A stretch of DNA of 56,101 bases from a virus. The stretch lies in IMG/VR virus record IMGVR_UViG_3300045988_126896; one strand, written 5' to 3'. Of the stretch, positions 23,346-33,810 are shown in pieces. Below the pieces are notes generated by a model. It had not been told where the DNA came from. It did no database searches and saw only the letters and a list, made by a program, of their open reading frames with translations. Position 1 is the stretch's first letter; the number at the start of each line of letters is the position of its first letter. A program made the position numbers and the translations under genes.

Positions 23346-23903
23346 ATGAAAGAAGAATTACAGAAACTTATTGAACAGTACGGCGCGGACGCTGTAGTAA
23401 AGGCGGCAGCCGAAGCCTTGAATAAGCACGTACCGACCATTAACACCCCGGTAGTGACAGACGAACAGCTGCTTAACACTATCTCACAGCTGGACGCTGC
23501 TGTTACAGATATTCTGGAAGCCGGACGTAAGAACGAAGAAACCTACCAGAATAAAGCGGCATTAGTCAGACACGCCCGACAGCTGGAAACTTCTATACAG
23601 ATTACAGAAGCAGAAGCGATTAACACGATCTGCGGAACCGGTAAGGACGCTTACGGTGTAATTAACTACCCAAACGGTACAAGTGTAAGGGTATCCGTTA
23701 CAAACGATACCCAGCGCGACGCTTTCCGTAGACACTTTAGCGCCACAGAACGTAAGGAACTGGCAAGCGTGGAAGCAGATATTAAGGCTATCGAGGTTTC
23801 CCAGTTCAAGACCAGGGAAGACCTGGACGCAAAGAAAGAAGCCTTAAGCTGTATCAGAGCGAAGGCACAGTTACAAGCCGCCGCACTTACCTACCTTGCG
23901 TAA
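23346..23903 (+). CDS. Hypothetical protein
   Basis: ATG at 23346 follows RBS aagaaaggg. Confidence 0.6.
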   Translation: MKEELQKLIEQYGADAVVKAAAEALNKHVPTINTPVVTDEQLLNTISQLDAAVTDILEAGRKNEETYQNKAALVRHARQLETSIQITEAEAINTICGTGKDAYGVINYPNGTSVRVSVTNDTQRDAFRRHFSATERKELASVEADIKAIEVSQFKTREDLDAKKEALSCIRAKAQLQAAALTYLA

Positions 23904-24405
23904 TGAGAAACAGGCGGAACGTAGGCAGCGTGGCGAAGACTTCCAGGAAGAATGTAGAAGAAGCTGGCGGCAGATACCAAACTTATGGCGGTTACGCATT
24001 ACAGACGGTGGAAACTTGGGTACACGGCCGGCGGACGAACTGGTACTTCTGGAACACGTAAATTTACTTTGTGAGGAAAAGAGAACGGACGGCGACCAGT
24101 TTAAGTTGTCAATGTTACGTACCGACCAGCTTACAGGTCTAATAAATTTTGAAAAGGCATTAGACAGAAACATAGGGCTTGTCCTGGTATCTTTCCTTAA
24201 CGAAGCTGTAGACGTTGCCTACGCTTTCCGATTGGTTCACGCTATGGCGTATATGAACCAGAAAGGACGGCGTTATATAACGCTGGAAGAACTACAGCAA
24301 GGGAAAATAGAAGCTATCAATCTTCCACGGATAGAGATAAACGGCGAACGTGGATACGATTTAAAGGGGGTGCGAGATTGCACGTATACGAAAGCAATAA
24401 CATAA
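23896..24405 (+). CDS. PD-(D/E)xK nuclease, RecU-like Holliday-junction resolvase candidate
   Basis: RGEDFQEEC ... PADELVLL ... CEEKRT ... FKLSMLRTDQ follows the RecU-type D...ExK pattern. Confidence 0.5.
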   Translation: MRNEKQAERRQRGEDFQEECRRSWRQIPNLWRLRITDGGNLGTRPADELVLLEHVNLLCEEKRTDGDQFKLSMLRTDQLTGLINFEKALDRNIGLVLVSFLNEAVDVAYAFRLVHAMAYMNQKGRRYITLEELQQGKIEAINLPRIEINGERGYDLKGVRDCTYTKAIT

Positions 24406-26048
24406 GGGTAAGTGGCTATCCGCTTCCCTTGAAACTGAAAATAGTAGACGATCTTACAATAGATAACCCGGCATACATAAAGGCGAAGTACCAGCGTCGG
24501 CCTACCTGGGGCATAGATCAGAAGTTACAGCTTTTTACTTATGACAACGACGGAAGCTTAATACTTCCCCGTGGTTATGTAGATCGTTTATACAATCTCA
24601 TTTCCGAAACAACAGTGTCCGTTAAATGGGACAAGGAACAGGTAGAAGGGAAACCGGTAGACTTCGGACCGTGGAACGAAAACTTCCAGATCAGAGATTA
24701 CCAGCACCCGCTTATAGATAGCCTGTTACGTAAAAATGGTATCGGGGTTTCCCCGGCGGGTTCCGGTAAAACTATCATGGGTATGCGATATATCTATGAA
24801 GTTGGGCGCCCGACCTTATGGCTTACCCATACCAGAGATTTAGTATATCAGACCAGGGACAGGGCGTTATCTACACTGAAAGGCGTAGGTCGTGTCGGTA
24901 TCCTTGGGGACGGTGTAGAGGACTTCGGCGACCGTAAGCTTATCATAGCGACAGTACAGACGCTTAAGGCAAAACAGCGACTTGTAGAAAAGCTGAAAGA
25001 ATTTATAGGCGTCGTCGTGATCGACGAAGCGCACCACTTCCCCAGTACCCAGTTTTTAGATACCGCCGCCCAGTTTCCGGCGAAGCGTATTATAGGACTT
25101 ACGGCCACACCGAAGCGTAAAGACGAAATGGAACAGCTTATGTATCTAGGTATTGGACCGGTACTACATGAGGTTCCACGAACCGCCCTTTACAAAGACG
25201 ATCAGCTAGTTTTACCAGAGGTAAAGTTTGTCTACACGTCCTTCACTTACGGGAATGAAGATAGCGCCGACGGAAACATAGACGCCGGGGGCGAAGACCT
25301 GGATTACCAGGACATTTTATACCGACTTTTTGAAAACGAAGACCGGTTAAACCTGGTAGCCCAAAGTATTGTAGACGCGGTTAAATACGGTCAGTCTATT
25401 ATACTTTCTGAAAGTGTAAGGTACTGCTTTAAGCTGAAAGAGAAAGTAGACAGGCTTCTTACGGAACAGGGTTACAGAGGTTGTAAGACCGCTGTAGTGC
25501 ATGGTGGACTTACCCGGTATATCTGGAAGGTAGCTAGTGGAAAACGACAGGCCGAAGCCCTGGCAGCTGATTACGGTACAGAATGTAAGTATGACGGAAA
25601 AGCCAGAAGGTGGAAAGTAAAGACGCCACAGTATACCGAAGAAGAATTTAAGAAGTGGCAAGTTACCAAAAAGAAACGACAAGAGATTTTAGACCAGTGT
25701 AGGGAAGGAAAAGTAAATATCCTTTTTGCTACACAGTTAGCCCGTGAAGGTTTGGACATACCTAGCCTTTGCGTAGGACATACAGTAACACCAAAACGTG
25801 GGGACGGAAAGAGTAACACCGGTCTTAATCTGGAACAGGAAATAGGCCGTATTATGAGAAAGGACCCACAGAACCCAGATAAAAAAGCGGTATGGTTCGA
25901 CTATGTGGACGCTTCTGTAGGCGTTCTGAAAGGTCAATACTACAGCAGAAGAAAGGTATATAAGCGTTTGGGTATTAAGTTACCATCTAAGCCGAAAAGC
26001 GCCGAAAAGGACGTTATAGACGGTTTACTGGATAGTATTAAATTCTAA
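24378..26048 (+). CDS. Superfamily-2 DEAH-box DNA helicase
   Basis: PAGSGKT (I), VIDEAHHF (II), LTATP (III), QEIGRIMR (VI). Confidence 0.85.
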   Translation: MHVYESNNIRVSGYPLPLKLKIVDDLTIDNPAYIKAKYQRRPTWGIDQKLQLFTYDNDGSLILPRGYVDRLYNLISETTVSVKWDKEQVEGKPVDFGPWNENFQIRDYQHPLIDSLLRKNGIGVSPAGSGKTIMGMRYIYEVGRPTLWLTHTRDLVYQTRDRALSTLKGVGRVGILGDGVEDFGDRKLIIATVQTLKAKQRLVEKLKEFIGVVVIDEAHHFPSTQFLDTAAQFPAKRIIGLTATPKRKDEMEQLMYLGIGPVLHEVPRTALYKDDQLVLPEVKFVYTSFTYGNEDSADGNIDAGGEDLDYQDILYRLFENEDRLNLVAQSIVDAVKYGQSIILSESVRYCFKLKEKVDRLLTEQGYRGCKTAVVHGGLTRYIWKVASGKRQAEALAADYGTECKYDGKARRWKVKTPQYTEEEFKKWQVTKKKRQEILDQCREGKVNILFATQLAREGLDIPSLCVGHTVTPKRGDGKSNTGLNLEQEIGRIMRKDPQNPDKKAVWFDYVDASVGVLKGQYYSRRKVYKRLGIKLPSKPKSAEKDVIDGLLDSIKF

Positions 26049-26069
26049 TTACGAAAGGAAGTATTTATT

Positions 26070-26834
26070 ATGAGTGAGAACACAACACAGAACATGGACG
26101 TAGCAGCAAAAAACGCCGGAACAGAAGAAGTAGCGGGTACAGCGATCGCAAAAGCAGCGGAAACAGCTGTAGCAGAGGTTAAGCCGAACGGTGCCGCATA
26201 CATTACCACACTTCTTAATAACACTTTTGAGGAGTTCCAGAAAGCAAACGACGGCTTAGACCTTGACTTTGTTTATATGGGTTCCTGGCTGACTGTGGAT
26301 AAGAAGGGGGATTTTGTGGATAAAGACGACGACAGCATTAAATATAAAGATCATATCGACGTCATTATTGGAAAAGGTGAAAAACGTTGGTCTTTATGGG
26401 GATTACAGAACAGTCCAGAAGACGGCCAGCTGATCGTAGCTTGCAGAGAGAAAGAAGACGCCGTACAGCAGCTTACAGCGTGGTTACAGGAGAACCCGGA
26501 AGCAGCGGAACGCTACAGCGTGGAAGACCTGGAACTTCGTTATATGGCTTCTGTAGTTCCTGTAGACGCCCTTTCTGAAGCCGACGGTATCCCGAAAATT
26601 TATATTATGTCCTTCGCCCCTACTGCTACGATCGCCTACGGTAAGTATGCTATGAACGTATTCCGTGGAGCGTATAAAAAGATCGGTATTCCGGCACGTA
26701 CAGGACTTACCAGCGTGGTTACCAGACTGTCTACAGAAGAACAGCGTAGCCGTACAGACGCTTCCGTATCATGGCTGGCTATCAAATTTGAAGCTATGGG
26801 AGTATTTAACCCAGAAGACTACACCACAAAGTAA
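26070..26834 (+). CDS. Hypothetical replication-module protein
   Basis: RBS aaaggaag; 254 aa. Confidence 0.6.
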   Translation: MSENTTQNMDVAAKNAGTEEVAGTAIAKAAETAVAEVKPNGAAYITTLLNNTFEEFQKANDGLDLDFVYMGSWLTVDKKGDFVDKDDDSIKYKDHIDVIIGKGEKRWSLWGLQNSPEDGQLIVACREKEDAVQQLTAWLQENPEAAERYSVEDLELRYMASVVPVDALSEADGIPKIYIMSFAPTATIAYGKYAMNVFRGAYKKIGIPARTGLTSVVTRLSTEEQRSRTDASVSWLAIKFEAMGVFNPEDYTTK

Positions 26835-26852
26835 AACAGGGGGCCTTAAGAA

Positions 26853-29800
26853 ATGGCAAAACAAAATAAAGAATATGTGTACGTGGATTGTTACCAGTGC
26901 GACGAAAACGGAAAAAGCAGCCCGTGGAAGCGTAAACACTTGGACGACGTACCGAAGTGGCAACACGAAGAAGCAAAGGACTTTAATTGTTTTGCCACGG
27001 TCCAGAAATACGCAAATGAGAAGAAGACAGAGGGGGAAGACTTCTTAGCCCCCCTGTACTTCGACCTTGACTATAGTGAAAATCCGGCAGTAGCCCAGGA
27101 AGAAGCTATTAAGCTGGTGGAGTTCTTCACCGGGGAACTTGACATACAGGAACAGGACTTACATATTTACTTTTCCGGGTCTAAGGGCTTCCATATTCTG
27201 GTAGACGAAAGAGCATTAGGCGTAGAGCCTAGAAAAGACTTACAGAGAGTATATAAGCATATTGCCGGATACCTTCGTTACAGGTTAGGAGAAGTACAGG
27301 AACAGGAAGACGAAAACGGACGACCAGTAGAGTATACAGAACCTTTAAAAGCTGTAGACCTTGTGGTTTATACCGTAAAGCGTATGTTACGTCTTCCATA
27401 TTCCAGACACCAGAAGACCGGGCTTTACAAGATCGAACTTACCTTACAGCAGCTTAAGGAACTGACATTAGACGAAATTAAGGAAAGAGCGCGTACCGGC
27501 CAGCCTATCCAGAGAGAAGAAAAGACGGTACGTAAAAGACCAAAAGCTGGGATATTCTACGCGGACAAGTTACACGAATACGAAGAAGCCGCCGCTACGG
27601 TATCTGATAAGCGAAATAAAACAGAATATGTTTTCGTTAAAGATAAACCGCCGGTATGTGTAGAAGACATTCTTAACAATGGCTGGAAGAAAGACGGTGA
27701 TCGTAATAACGCCACTGTGCAACTTTGCTGTTACTTTAAGGCAGCCGGATACAAAAAAGAAGAAGCTACAAGTATCCTGGAAGACTGGGTAGTAAAGTTT
27801 ACCAGCGCGGACAGTCGGTACAGTATCCAGCAACGTAAGGCGAACACCAGAAACGTTATAGAAAGTGTTTACGGAAGTGAAAAGGATTACCAGTTTGGGT
27901 GTGCTTTTATACGATCACTTCACGGCGAAAAGAAGAAAGGCGACAACGATTACGACAGGGTACCATGTGCCGGTGATATGTGTCCTTGTATTAAGGGTAA
28001 CACCGACGTAGCCGAAGAAGCTATAAACCTTCCGCTTGCGAAAACTTCCGACGCTTCCCTTACAGGTAAGCTGATTACGACCCGCGTAATGGTGGCCGGT
28101 AAGAAGCATACGCCTTATGTTGTCCCGAAAAAAGTAGAGTATTCATGCTGGGGACAGGAAAAATGTAAAAAGTATGGCTGTCCGCTGCTGAACATTCCTA
28201 CAGCTACGGCATATAAGGAACTGAACGCCCATAACCGTGAACTTATTCAAATGACAGAAACGGGCGACGACAATATAAAGGGAATCCTTCGGGAGATCAG
28301 CGGGATACCGTCTTGCGGAAAGTACGATACTTCCATTGTGGAAACGATCAACGTAGACGAACTTCTGGTTATTCCTATGGCAGAAGAAGACGGCGTTAAA
28401 GAAGACGATACCGGAAGCTATGTACTTCGTAAGATTTACGCTATCGGTGGTATGAAGATTGAAACGAATAAATACTATGAGATCAGCGGTTATATGTACC
28501 CACACCCGAAGAACCAGGAAAGTACCATTCTGGTAACGAACGCGACACCTTTACAGGACGTCGTAGAAAGCTTTTCCTTGACCGAAGAAGTCCGGGAAGA
28601 ACTGGACAGCCTTAGACCGGAAAGTATGACAGTGGAAAACATTGTATCGAAGCTGGGAACCATACTTAATGATCTGACTTATAACGTAACGCATATCGTA
28701 GAGCGCGACGAAGTTCTTTTAGGTCTGCTGCTGGTTTACCACAGTATTTTACGTTTCCGTGTTCCATGGGATACCGACCCTATAAGGGGGTGGGTAGAAC
28801 TTAAGATAGTCGGCGATACTGGTACCGGTAAGTCTGCTTTAGTCGAAAAAATGATGAAATATATCGGACTTGGTAACCGTGTAAATGCAGAGAGTACAAG
28901 CCGTACCGGTCTTACTTACAAAATGGAACAGGGTAACCGCGGAAGCTGGTATATCGTCTGGGGTGCCTGGCCGTTGGCAGATAAAGAGCTTATATGGGTA
29001 GACGAAGATACCGGTATAGAAAAGGACGAATACGGGGAAATGACCCTTGCAAGATCAGACGGTAAGCTGGAAGTTAAGAGAGCCGTTACAGCTGAAACGC
29101 CTTGTAGGGTAAGGGCTATTCTTTCTGGTAACGCGCCGAAAGGTAAACGTCTTTCCGATTACGCCCAGGGTGCCGAAAGCTTAAAGGACGTCTTTAACAA
29201 TGAGGATATACGACGCTTCGACTTCGCTATATTTATGAGATCGACCGACGTAGACCCGGAAAAGTATAACCGGTCGCTTCCGTCATTTCCGCGAACCATG
29301 AGCGACGACGCCTTAAAAAATAATGTGTTATTCGCGTGGAGTAGAACACCGGAACAGGTTGTATTTTTACCCGATACTGTAGACGCCATTCTGGAAACGG
29401 CTACGAAGCTATCTAAGGTATATGGAAACGCTACAGATATTCCGCTGGTATCGCCTTCCGATCAACGTAACAAGGTGGCACGTTTGGCCGTGGCCCTTGC
29501 TTCACTTACACACAGCGTAGACGAAAGTGGGGAACGAATTACCGTTTACCCGGCACACGTAAATTTTATTTATGATTATCTGGTACAGCTGTATAACGCC
29601 CCTGGTTGTGGCCTTAATTACTATGCACGACTGGCAGTATCAGAAGAAATAGTAGGGGATAAATTCGACAAGATTACAAACGAGTTAAGAAAGCTGGATA
29701 CCTTAAAGGGTGCCAGTAAGTATAACGAGTTCATAGACCTTTTCGCCAGACAGAAATACTTACGACTTGGCGACGTAGAAGCTATGTTAAGCATTGAGAA

Positions 29801-29951
29801 GGAAGAAGCAAAGGCTATTATTAACCAGTGTGTCCGCCTTCGTATGCTGACTATGACAAGCGGCGGATACAGAAAAACGCCGCGGTTTAACTCTTATATA
29901 TCAAAATGTTTTGAAATGGGATTATTCGATCACATGGAAAACGACATTTAA
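26853..29951 (+). CDS. Primase-helicase: N-terminal archaeo-eukaryotic primase (prim-pol) domain plus C-terminal P-loop helicase
   Basis: LYFDLDY and SGSKGFHILV (AEP motifs). Walker A GDTGTGKS. Walker B LIWVDED. Confidence 0.85.
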   Translation: MAKQNKEYVYVDCYQCDENGKSSPWKRKHLDDVPKWQHEEAKDFNCFATVQKYANEKKTEGEDFLAPLYFDLDYSENPAVAQEEAIKLVEFFTGELDIQEQDLHIYFSGSKGFHILVDERALGVEPRKDLQRVYKHIAGYLRYRLGEVQEQEDENGRPVEYTEPLKAVDLVVYTVKRMLRLPYSRHQKTGLYKIELTLQQLKELTLDEIKERARTGQPIQREEKTVRKRPKAGIFYADKLHEYEEAAATVSDKRNKTEYVFVKDKPPVCVEDILNNGWKKDGDRNNATVQLCCYFKAAGYKKEEATSILEDWVVKFTSADSRYSIQQRKANTRNVIESVYGSEKDYQFGCAFIRSLHGEKKKGDNDYDRVPCAGDMCPCIKGNTDVAEEAINLPLAKTSDASLTGKLITTRVMVAGKKHTPYVVPKKVEYSCWGQEKCKKYGCPLLNIPTATAYKELNAHNRELIQMTETGDDNIKGILREISGIPSCGKYDTSIVETINVDELLVIPMAEEDGVKEDDTGSYVLRKIYAIGGMKIETNKYYEISGYMYPHPKNQESTILVTNATPLQDVVESFSLTEEVREELDSLRPESMTVENIVSKLGTILNDLTYNVTHIVERDEVLLGLLLVYHSILRFRVPWDTDPIRGWVELKIVGDTGTGKSALVEKMMKYIGLGNRVNAESTSRTGLTYKMEQGNRGSWYIVWGAWPLADKELIWVDEDTGIEKDEYGEMTLARSDGKLEVKRAVTAETPCRVRAILSGNAPKGKRLSDYAQGAESLKDVFNNEDIRRFDFAIFMRSTDVDPEKYNRSLPSFPRTMSDDALKNNVLFAWSRTPEQVVFLPDTVDAILETATKLSKVYGNATDIPLVSPSDQRNKVARLAVALASLTHSVDESGERITVYPAHVNFIYDYLVQLYNAPGCGLNYYARLAVSEEIVGDKFDKITNELRKLDTLKGASKYNEFIDLFARQKYLRLGDVEAMLSIEKEEAKAIINQCVRLRMLTMTSGGYRKTPRFNSYISKCFEMGLFDHMENDI

Positions 29952-29967
29952 AGAAGGGGGTTCTATA

Positions 29968-32490
29968 TTGAATTTAAGTAATATGTTCCCAGCTTCCGGC
30001 GGTCTTGCAGCGCAGATTAAAAAGCCAGTCGCTGCGGCAGTAGCAAAACCTACAGACAATAAAGCTGTAGGTTCTTCCCTGGCGGACTGTATGCAGACAA
30101 GAAAACGTCCGGGAGAATGGGCGATCAAATGGCCGAAACTTCGTAAGCAAGGTTTTAAAGACTACAGACCGCTTCTTACCATACAGGAAGTTATTGATTA
30201 CTGTAACCGTTGTGAGGAAACCGGATTAGGTGGTTTCGACTACGAAACAAGTGGAGATAAAGACCACAGGATACCGCCGACAGACGAAGACGGTAATACA
30301 GTAACAGGAAAAGCCTTAGACAGCTGGACGCGTGACGTCAACCTTGACCCGTGGAAAGCGGAAGTGTGCGCTATGTCTTTATCGGCAGCGTGTGACGAAG
30401 CGAGGGCTATCTTTATTGACAATCCGGGGGCTAATCAGTTTGAGCCTGGTTTATCCAGAAGCGAAGCCAGAAAACGACTTTTTGATACCTTAGAACAGCA
30501 TTTCTTTACTAATCATAAGATCGTAAAGATTGCCGTAAATATGAACTTTGAAACAAAATTCACGGCGAAATACGGAAAATATATTCTTATGCCATGTGCT
30601 GACCCGTTCATAGCATGGATAAGGCTGTCACAGCTGCTATTACCAAACAAGATAAAAAATCCGAAACGCCCTTACGTTGGTAAAGGTCTTAAGCCTATGA
30701 CGAAGGAAGTCTTCGGCGTACAGATGTCAGAATTTACTTCTGTCCTGGAACGTAACCAGGCGTTATTTTTCGACCAGGTACCAAACGACGAACACGACGC
30801 CTTAAGCTACTGCTGTGAGGATAGCGACTACGCCGTACAGCATTACCTTTACTGGGACGAAGTAGCGAAACAGATAAGTAATGATAACGAAGTGTACCCG
30901 ACCTATTCCGACTGGTTAAAAAATATCGAAATGCCTTTTACAAGGGTTACCGGAATTATGGAATACTGGGGTATGAAATGGGACAGCGACATAGCCCAGG
31001 TTAAAAGGGAAGAAGCAAAGAACGCGATCGAGATAGCCGCCCAGACTATGAAGGACCTGGCCGCAAGCGTCGGCATAAAAGACCTTAATGTAGGTGTTGG
31101 CGGTAAAACGAAAGACGTTAAATCTTTTGTATTTGATACGCTTAAGCTTCCGGCGGCTGCCTGGTCTGACAAAACAAAAGACCCTAGCCTGGACAGTAAC
31201 GCCCTTATGGATATGATCTTTATGTTAGAAAACAAGCTGGAAGACCCAGACGAAGAAAAGTACCTGGAAACACCTTTACCGGAAGAATGGGAAATGGTAG
31301 ACCCGGACTTATCTTATCAAGATCAGCGTCTTTTATGGCCGCGCGAATATGCTACAGCAGAAGTTAAGCGTATCAGAATCGCGCGTAGGGAAGAACACCC
31401 ATATAAAGACATCGGCGTTAAATTTTTAAAGAGTATGCAAACCATACAGAAGTACGCTACCTTGTTATCCTCTCACGTAGAAGGTCGTGAAAAATACGTA
31501 AATCCTGTTACCGGAAGAATCCACGCAAAGTATGAACCATGGACAGAAACGGCCCGCCTTGCGTCCAACAGTCCGAACGGTCAGAACGTGCCGCGCCCGG
31601 ATAATGACGAACTGGGGGTACGAAACTTCTATAAGGCAGCACCCGGTAAAGTATTCCTTCTGGAAGACGAAAGCGGCTTTGAACTTCGTTTAACTGCCTG
31701 GAAGTCCGGGTGTGAAGTTATGCGTAAGGCTTTCAGAGATCACGAAGACTTACACAGAAAAACAGCGGCTACTATGACGGGTAAACCGGAAGCAGAGGTT
31801 ACGAAGCATGAACGTAGTGGAGCGAAAGCCGGAAACTTCGGTTCTGTTTACGGTGGTACAGAACACGCCTTACAGAAAACCTTTAAAAAAATGGGGCTTC
31901 GTAAGAGCCTTCCAGAGTGTAAGAAGATCGTAGACGCCGTTATGAAGACTTACCCAGGTATCCCACGTATGCAAGTAAACGCCAAAGTAAAAGCTAGGGA
32001 AACGGGATACGCGGAAACCATTTACGGCTATAAGCGTCTGCTTCCGGCGATTAACAGCAGTAACCGTTACACAAGGTCAGAGGACGAACGACGGGCAGCG
32101 AATACACCGGTACAGGGTTCCGCCGCCGATATTATGAAACGCGCCCAGAATACCGTATACGAAAAATGTGGTATGGATACAGCAAGCCATAACGGTATAG
32201 CTGTAGAACCGTGGGACGGCTACGCTACAGAAACAAAAGAACTGTTAAGCTGTAAGCCTTTCATGTTACATGGACATACCGATATGGTAGCCCAGATACA
32301 TGATGAAATCATAGTAGAACTGGACGACGATACCACGCTTGTAGATACTTACGCAAAATGGCAGAAAGCCGTTATGGAAGTTCCGCCACTTAAGGACTTT
32401 CCTGTACAGCTGGAAGTAGAAGCCAGCGTAGCCTACAGCTGGGGTAATAAAATGAGCCTGGAAGACTGGGAGAAAGCGAGGGGGTTATAA
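29968..32490 (+). CDS. Family A DNA polymerase with 3'-5' exonuclease domain
   Basis: FDYETSG (Exo I), RRAANTPVQGSAADIMK (motif B), QIHDEIIVE (motif C). TTG at 29968 lies 8 nt after RBS gaaggggg; the alternative start is ATG 29983. Confidence 0.9.
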   Translation: MNLSNMFPASGGLAAQIKKPVAAAVAKPTDNKAVGSSLADCMQTRKRPGEWAIKWPKLRKQGFKDYRPLLTIQEVIDYCNRCEETGLGGFDYETSGDKDHRIPPTDEDGNTVTGKALDSWTRDVNLDPWKAEVCAMSLSAACDEARAIFIDNPGANQFEPGLSRSEARKRLFDTLEQHFFTNHKIVKIAVNMNFETKFTAKYGKYILMPCADPFIAWIRLSQLLLPNKIKNPKRPYVGKGLKPMTKEVFGVQMSEFTSVLERNQALFFDQVPNDEHDALSYCCEDSDYAVQHYLYWDEVAKQISNDNEVYPTYSDWLKNIEMPFTRVTGIMEYWGMKWDSDIAQVKREEAKNAIEIAAQTMKDLAASVGIKDLNVGVGGKTKDVKSFVFDTLKLPAAAWSDKTKDPSLDSNALMDMIFMLENKLEDPDEEKYLETPLPEEWEMVDPDLSYQDQRLLWPREYATAEVKRIRIARREEHPYKDIGVKFLKSMQTIQKYATLLSSHVEGREKYVNPVTGRIHAKYEPWTETARLASNSPNGQNVPRPDNDELGVRNFYKAAPGKVFLLEDESGFELRLTAWKSGCEVMRKAFRDHEDLHRKTAATMTGKPEAEVTKHERSGAKAGNFGSVYGGTEHALQKTFKKMGLRKSLPECKKIVDAVMKTYPGIPRMQVNAKVKARETGYAETIYGYKRLLPAINSSNRYTRSEDERRAANTPVQGSAADIMKRAQNTVYEKCGMDTASHNGIAVEPWDGYATETKELLSCKPFMLHGHTDMVAQIHDEIIVELDDDTTLVDTYAKWQKAVMEVPPLKDFPVQLEVEASVAYSWGNKMSLEDWEKARGL

Positions 32491-32491
32491 A

Positions 32492-32797
32492 ATGGGAAAA
32501 CCATATAAGCAGCCGCAAAAGCGCGAAGTTATGGCCGGTAGCAAACTGGAAATTGAAATGCTACAGTATTCGCTTAATGAAGCGAACCAGAAGCTTGCTA
32601 AGAAATCCGCTGATCTGAATACCGTAACACGTATTATGGAACAGACTACAAAAGTGGCAGATCAGCGAAAAGAGAAGGTAGAAAACCTTATTAAATTAAC
32701 GACGACCTTAACGAAGCGTGTTACTTATTGGAAAGTGGCGGCGATTATTGAAGCCGGTATTATTATCGGTCAGATTTTATTAAAGGTGGTGGCATGA
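32492..32797 (+). CDS. Coiled-coil protein with C-terminal TM segment
   Basis: C-terminal sequence WKVAAIIEAGIIIGQILLKVV. Confidence 0.5.
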   Translation: MGKPYKQPQKREVMAGSKLEIEMLQYSLNEANQKLAKKSADLNTVTRIMEQTTKVADQRKEKVENLIKLTTTLTKRVTYWKVAAIIEAGIIIGQILLKVVA

Positions 32798-33420
32798 TGT
32801 ACAGAATGATAATTGTAACAGCGCTGGGTAATTATGTGGTAGAAATGGTACCGGAAAAGGAAGAACCTACCGCCGACGAACTTATGAAAATGTTTCTTGA
32901 AACAAAGGCGGACGTAGAAAGTGGCTGTTTTATGGAAGGCTGGACACCTACAGACGGCTTAAGCGGGGCGCCCGGTGTATTCGCTATCGGTAAAGGCTTG
33001 GAAATTTTAGCGTACCACGTAGAGCGTCGCCCGGAATTTGACTTACCGCCCATAAACCCAGATAACGTTAATACACGTCGCCCGCTTTCGCTTAAGTTTA
33101 GCTACCTAGGTAATGAAATGATCGCGAAGTGCATACAGGACGATATAGGAAGCGTAGCCGTGATCTTCTGCTATGCGGTAAACGGAGAACCGCCGACAGA
33201 TGTATTAAATACTAAGAAGCTTTCCGAAAGCCTTTGTAGCTGTATCCGGCACCACTTAAACTACGCCGACGACGAATACCTTTTACAGATTGCCGAAGAC
33301 GGGATTGTAAGAAACTATTCACAGGCGGAAGAAGTTGTAAAACAGCTGGAAGACCAGTTTAACACCCTTCACAGTAATAAGACAGGTAAAGCCTGGAACG
33401 GCTGGAAAGGGGAAAGCTGA
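32794..33420 (+). CDS. Hypothetical protein
   Basis: Coupled start; 208 aa. Confidence 0.55.
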   Translation: MMYRMIIVTALGNYVVEMVPEKEEPTADELMKMFLETKADVESGCFMEGWTPTDGLSGAPGVFAIGKGLEILAYHVERRPEFDLPPINPDNVNTRRPLSLKFSYLGNEMIAKCIQDDIGSVAVIFCYAVNGEPPTDVLNTKKLSESLCSCIRHHLNYADDEYLLQIAEDGIVRNYSQAEEVVKQLEDQFNTLHSNKTGKAWNGWKGES

Positions 33421-33629
33421 TGGCAGCCAGGAAACTTACCAGAAGCCCAGAAGGGGAAGTAGTAACCTTTTCTACGAAACGCGGAAAACCGGATACCTGT
33501 AGCGAAACGTGTGGCGGTATTTATCGTTTCAAAGGGGAACTGTACTGTAAATATTTCCATAACGTTGTCGGTAAGCGTGATGAAGAATGTATAAAGAATG
33601 AGGTAAAAGGTGGTGGGCGGCATGGATAA
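33420..33629 (+). CDS. Small Cys-containing protein
   Basis: ATGA-type coupling. Confidence 0.45.
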   Translation: MAARKLTRSPEGEVVTFSTKRGKPDTCSETCGGIYRFKGELYCKYFHNVVGKRDEECIKNEVKGGGRHG

Positions 33630-33810
33630 AGACCTTATGGAAGAACTTGGACTTATGGCGACAGATAGCCAGTTAGACTACATAGACACGCTGTTAGACC
33701 AGGCGGGCGGCGTCCTGGAAGACTACACGGATACACCGCTAGAAGAACTGTCTAAGGACGAAGCCAGCGACATTATAGACGAACTGAAAGGGGAACTAGG
33801 CTATGACTGA
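33622..33810 (+). CDS. Small, highly acidic protein
   Basis: ATG at 33622. D/E-rich 62 aa (DSQLDYIDTLLDQ...LSKDEASDIIDEL). Confidence 0.5.
   Translation: MDKDLMEELGLMATDSQLDYIDTLLDQAGGVLEDYTDTPLEELSKDEASDIIDELKGELGYD

Noticed and set aside
26387-27048. Alternative-frame + strand ORFs 26387-26578 and 26665-27048.
   Set aside because: They overlap the 26070 and 26853 genes out of frame. Their Arg/Ser-rich translations are typical of off-frame reading, and they have no RBS.
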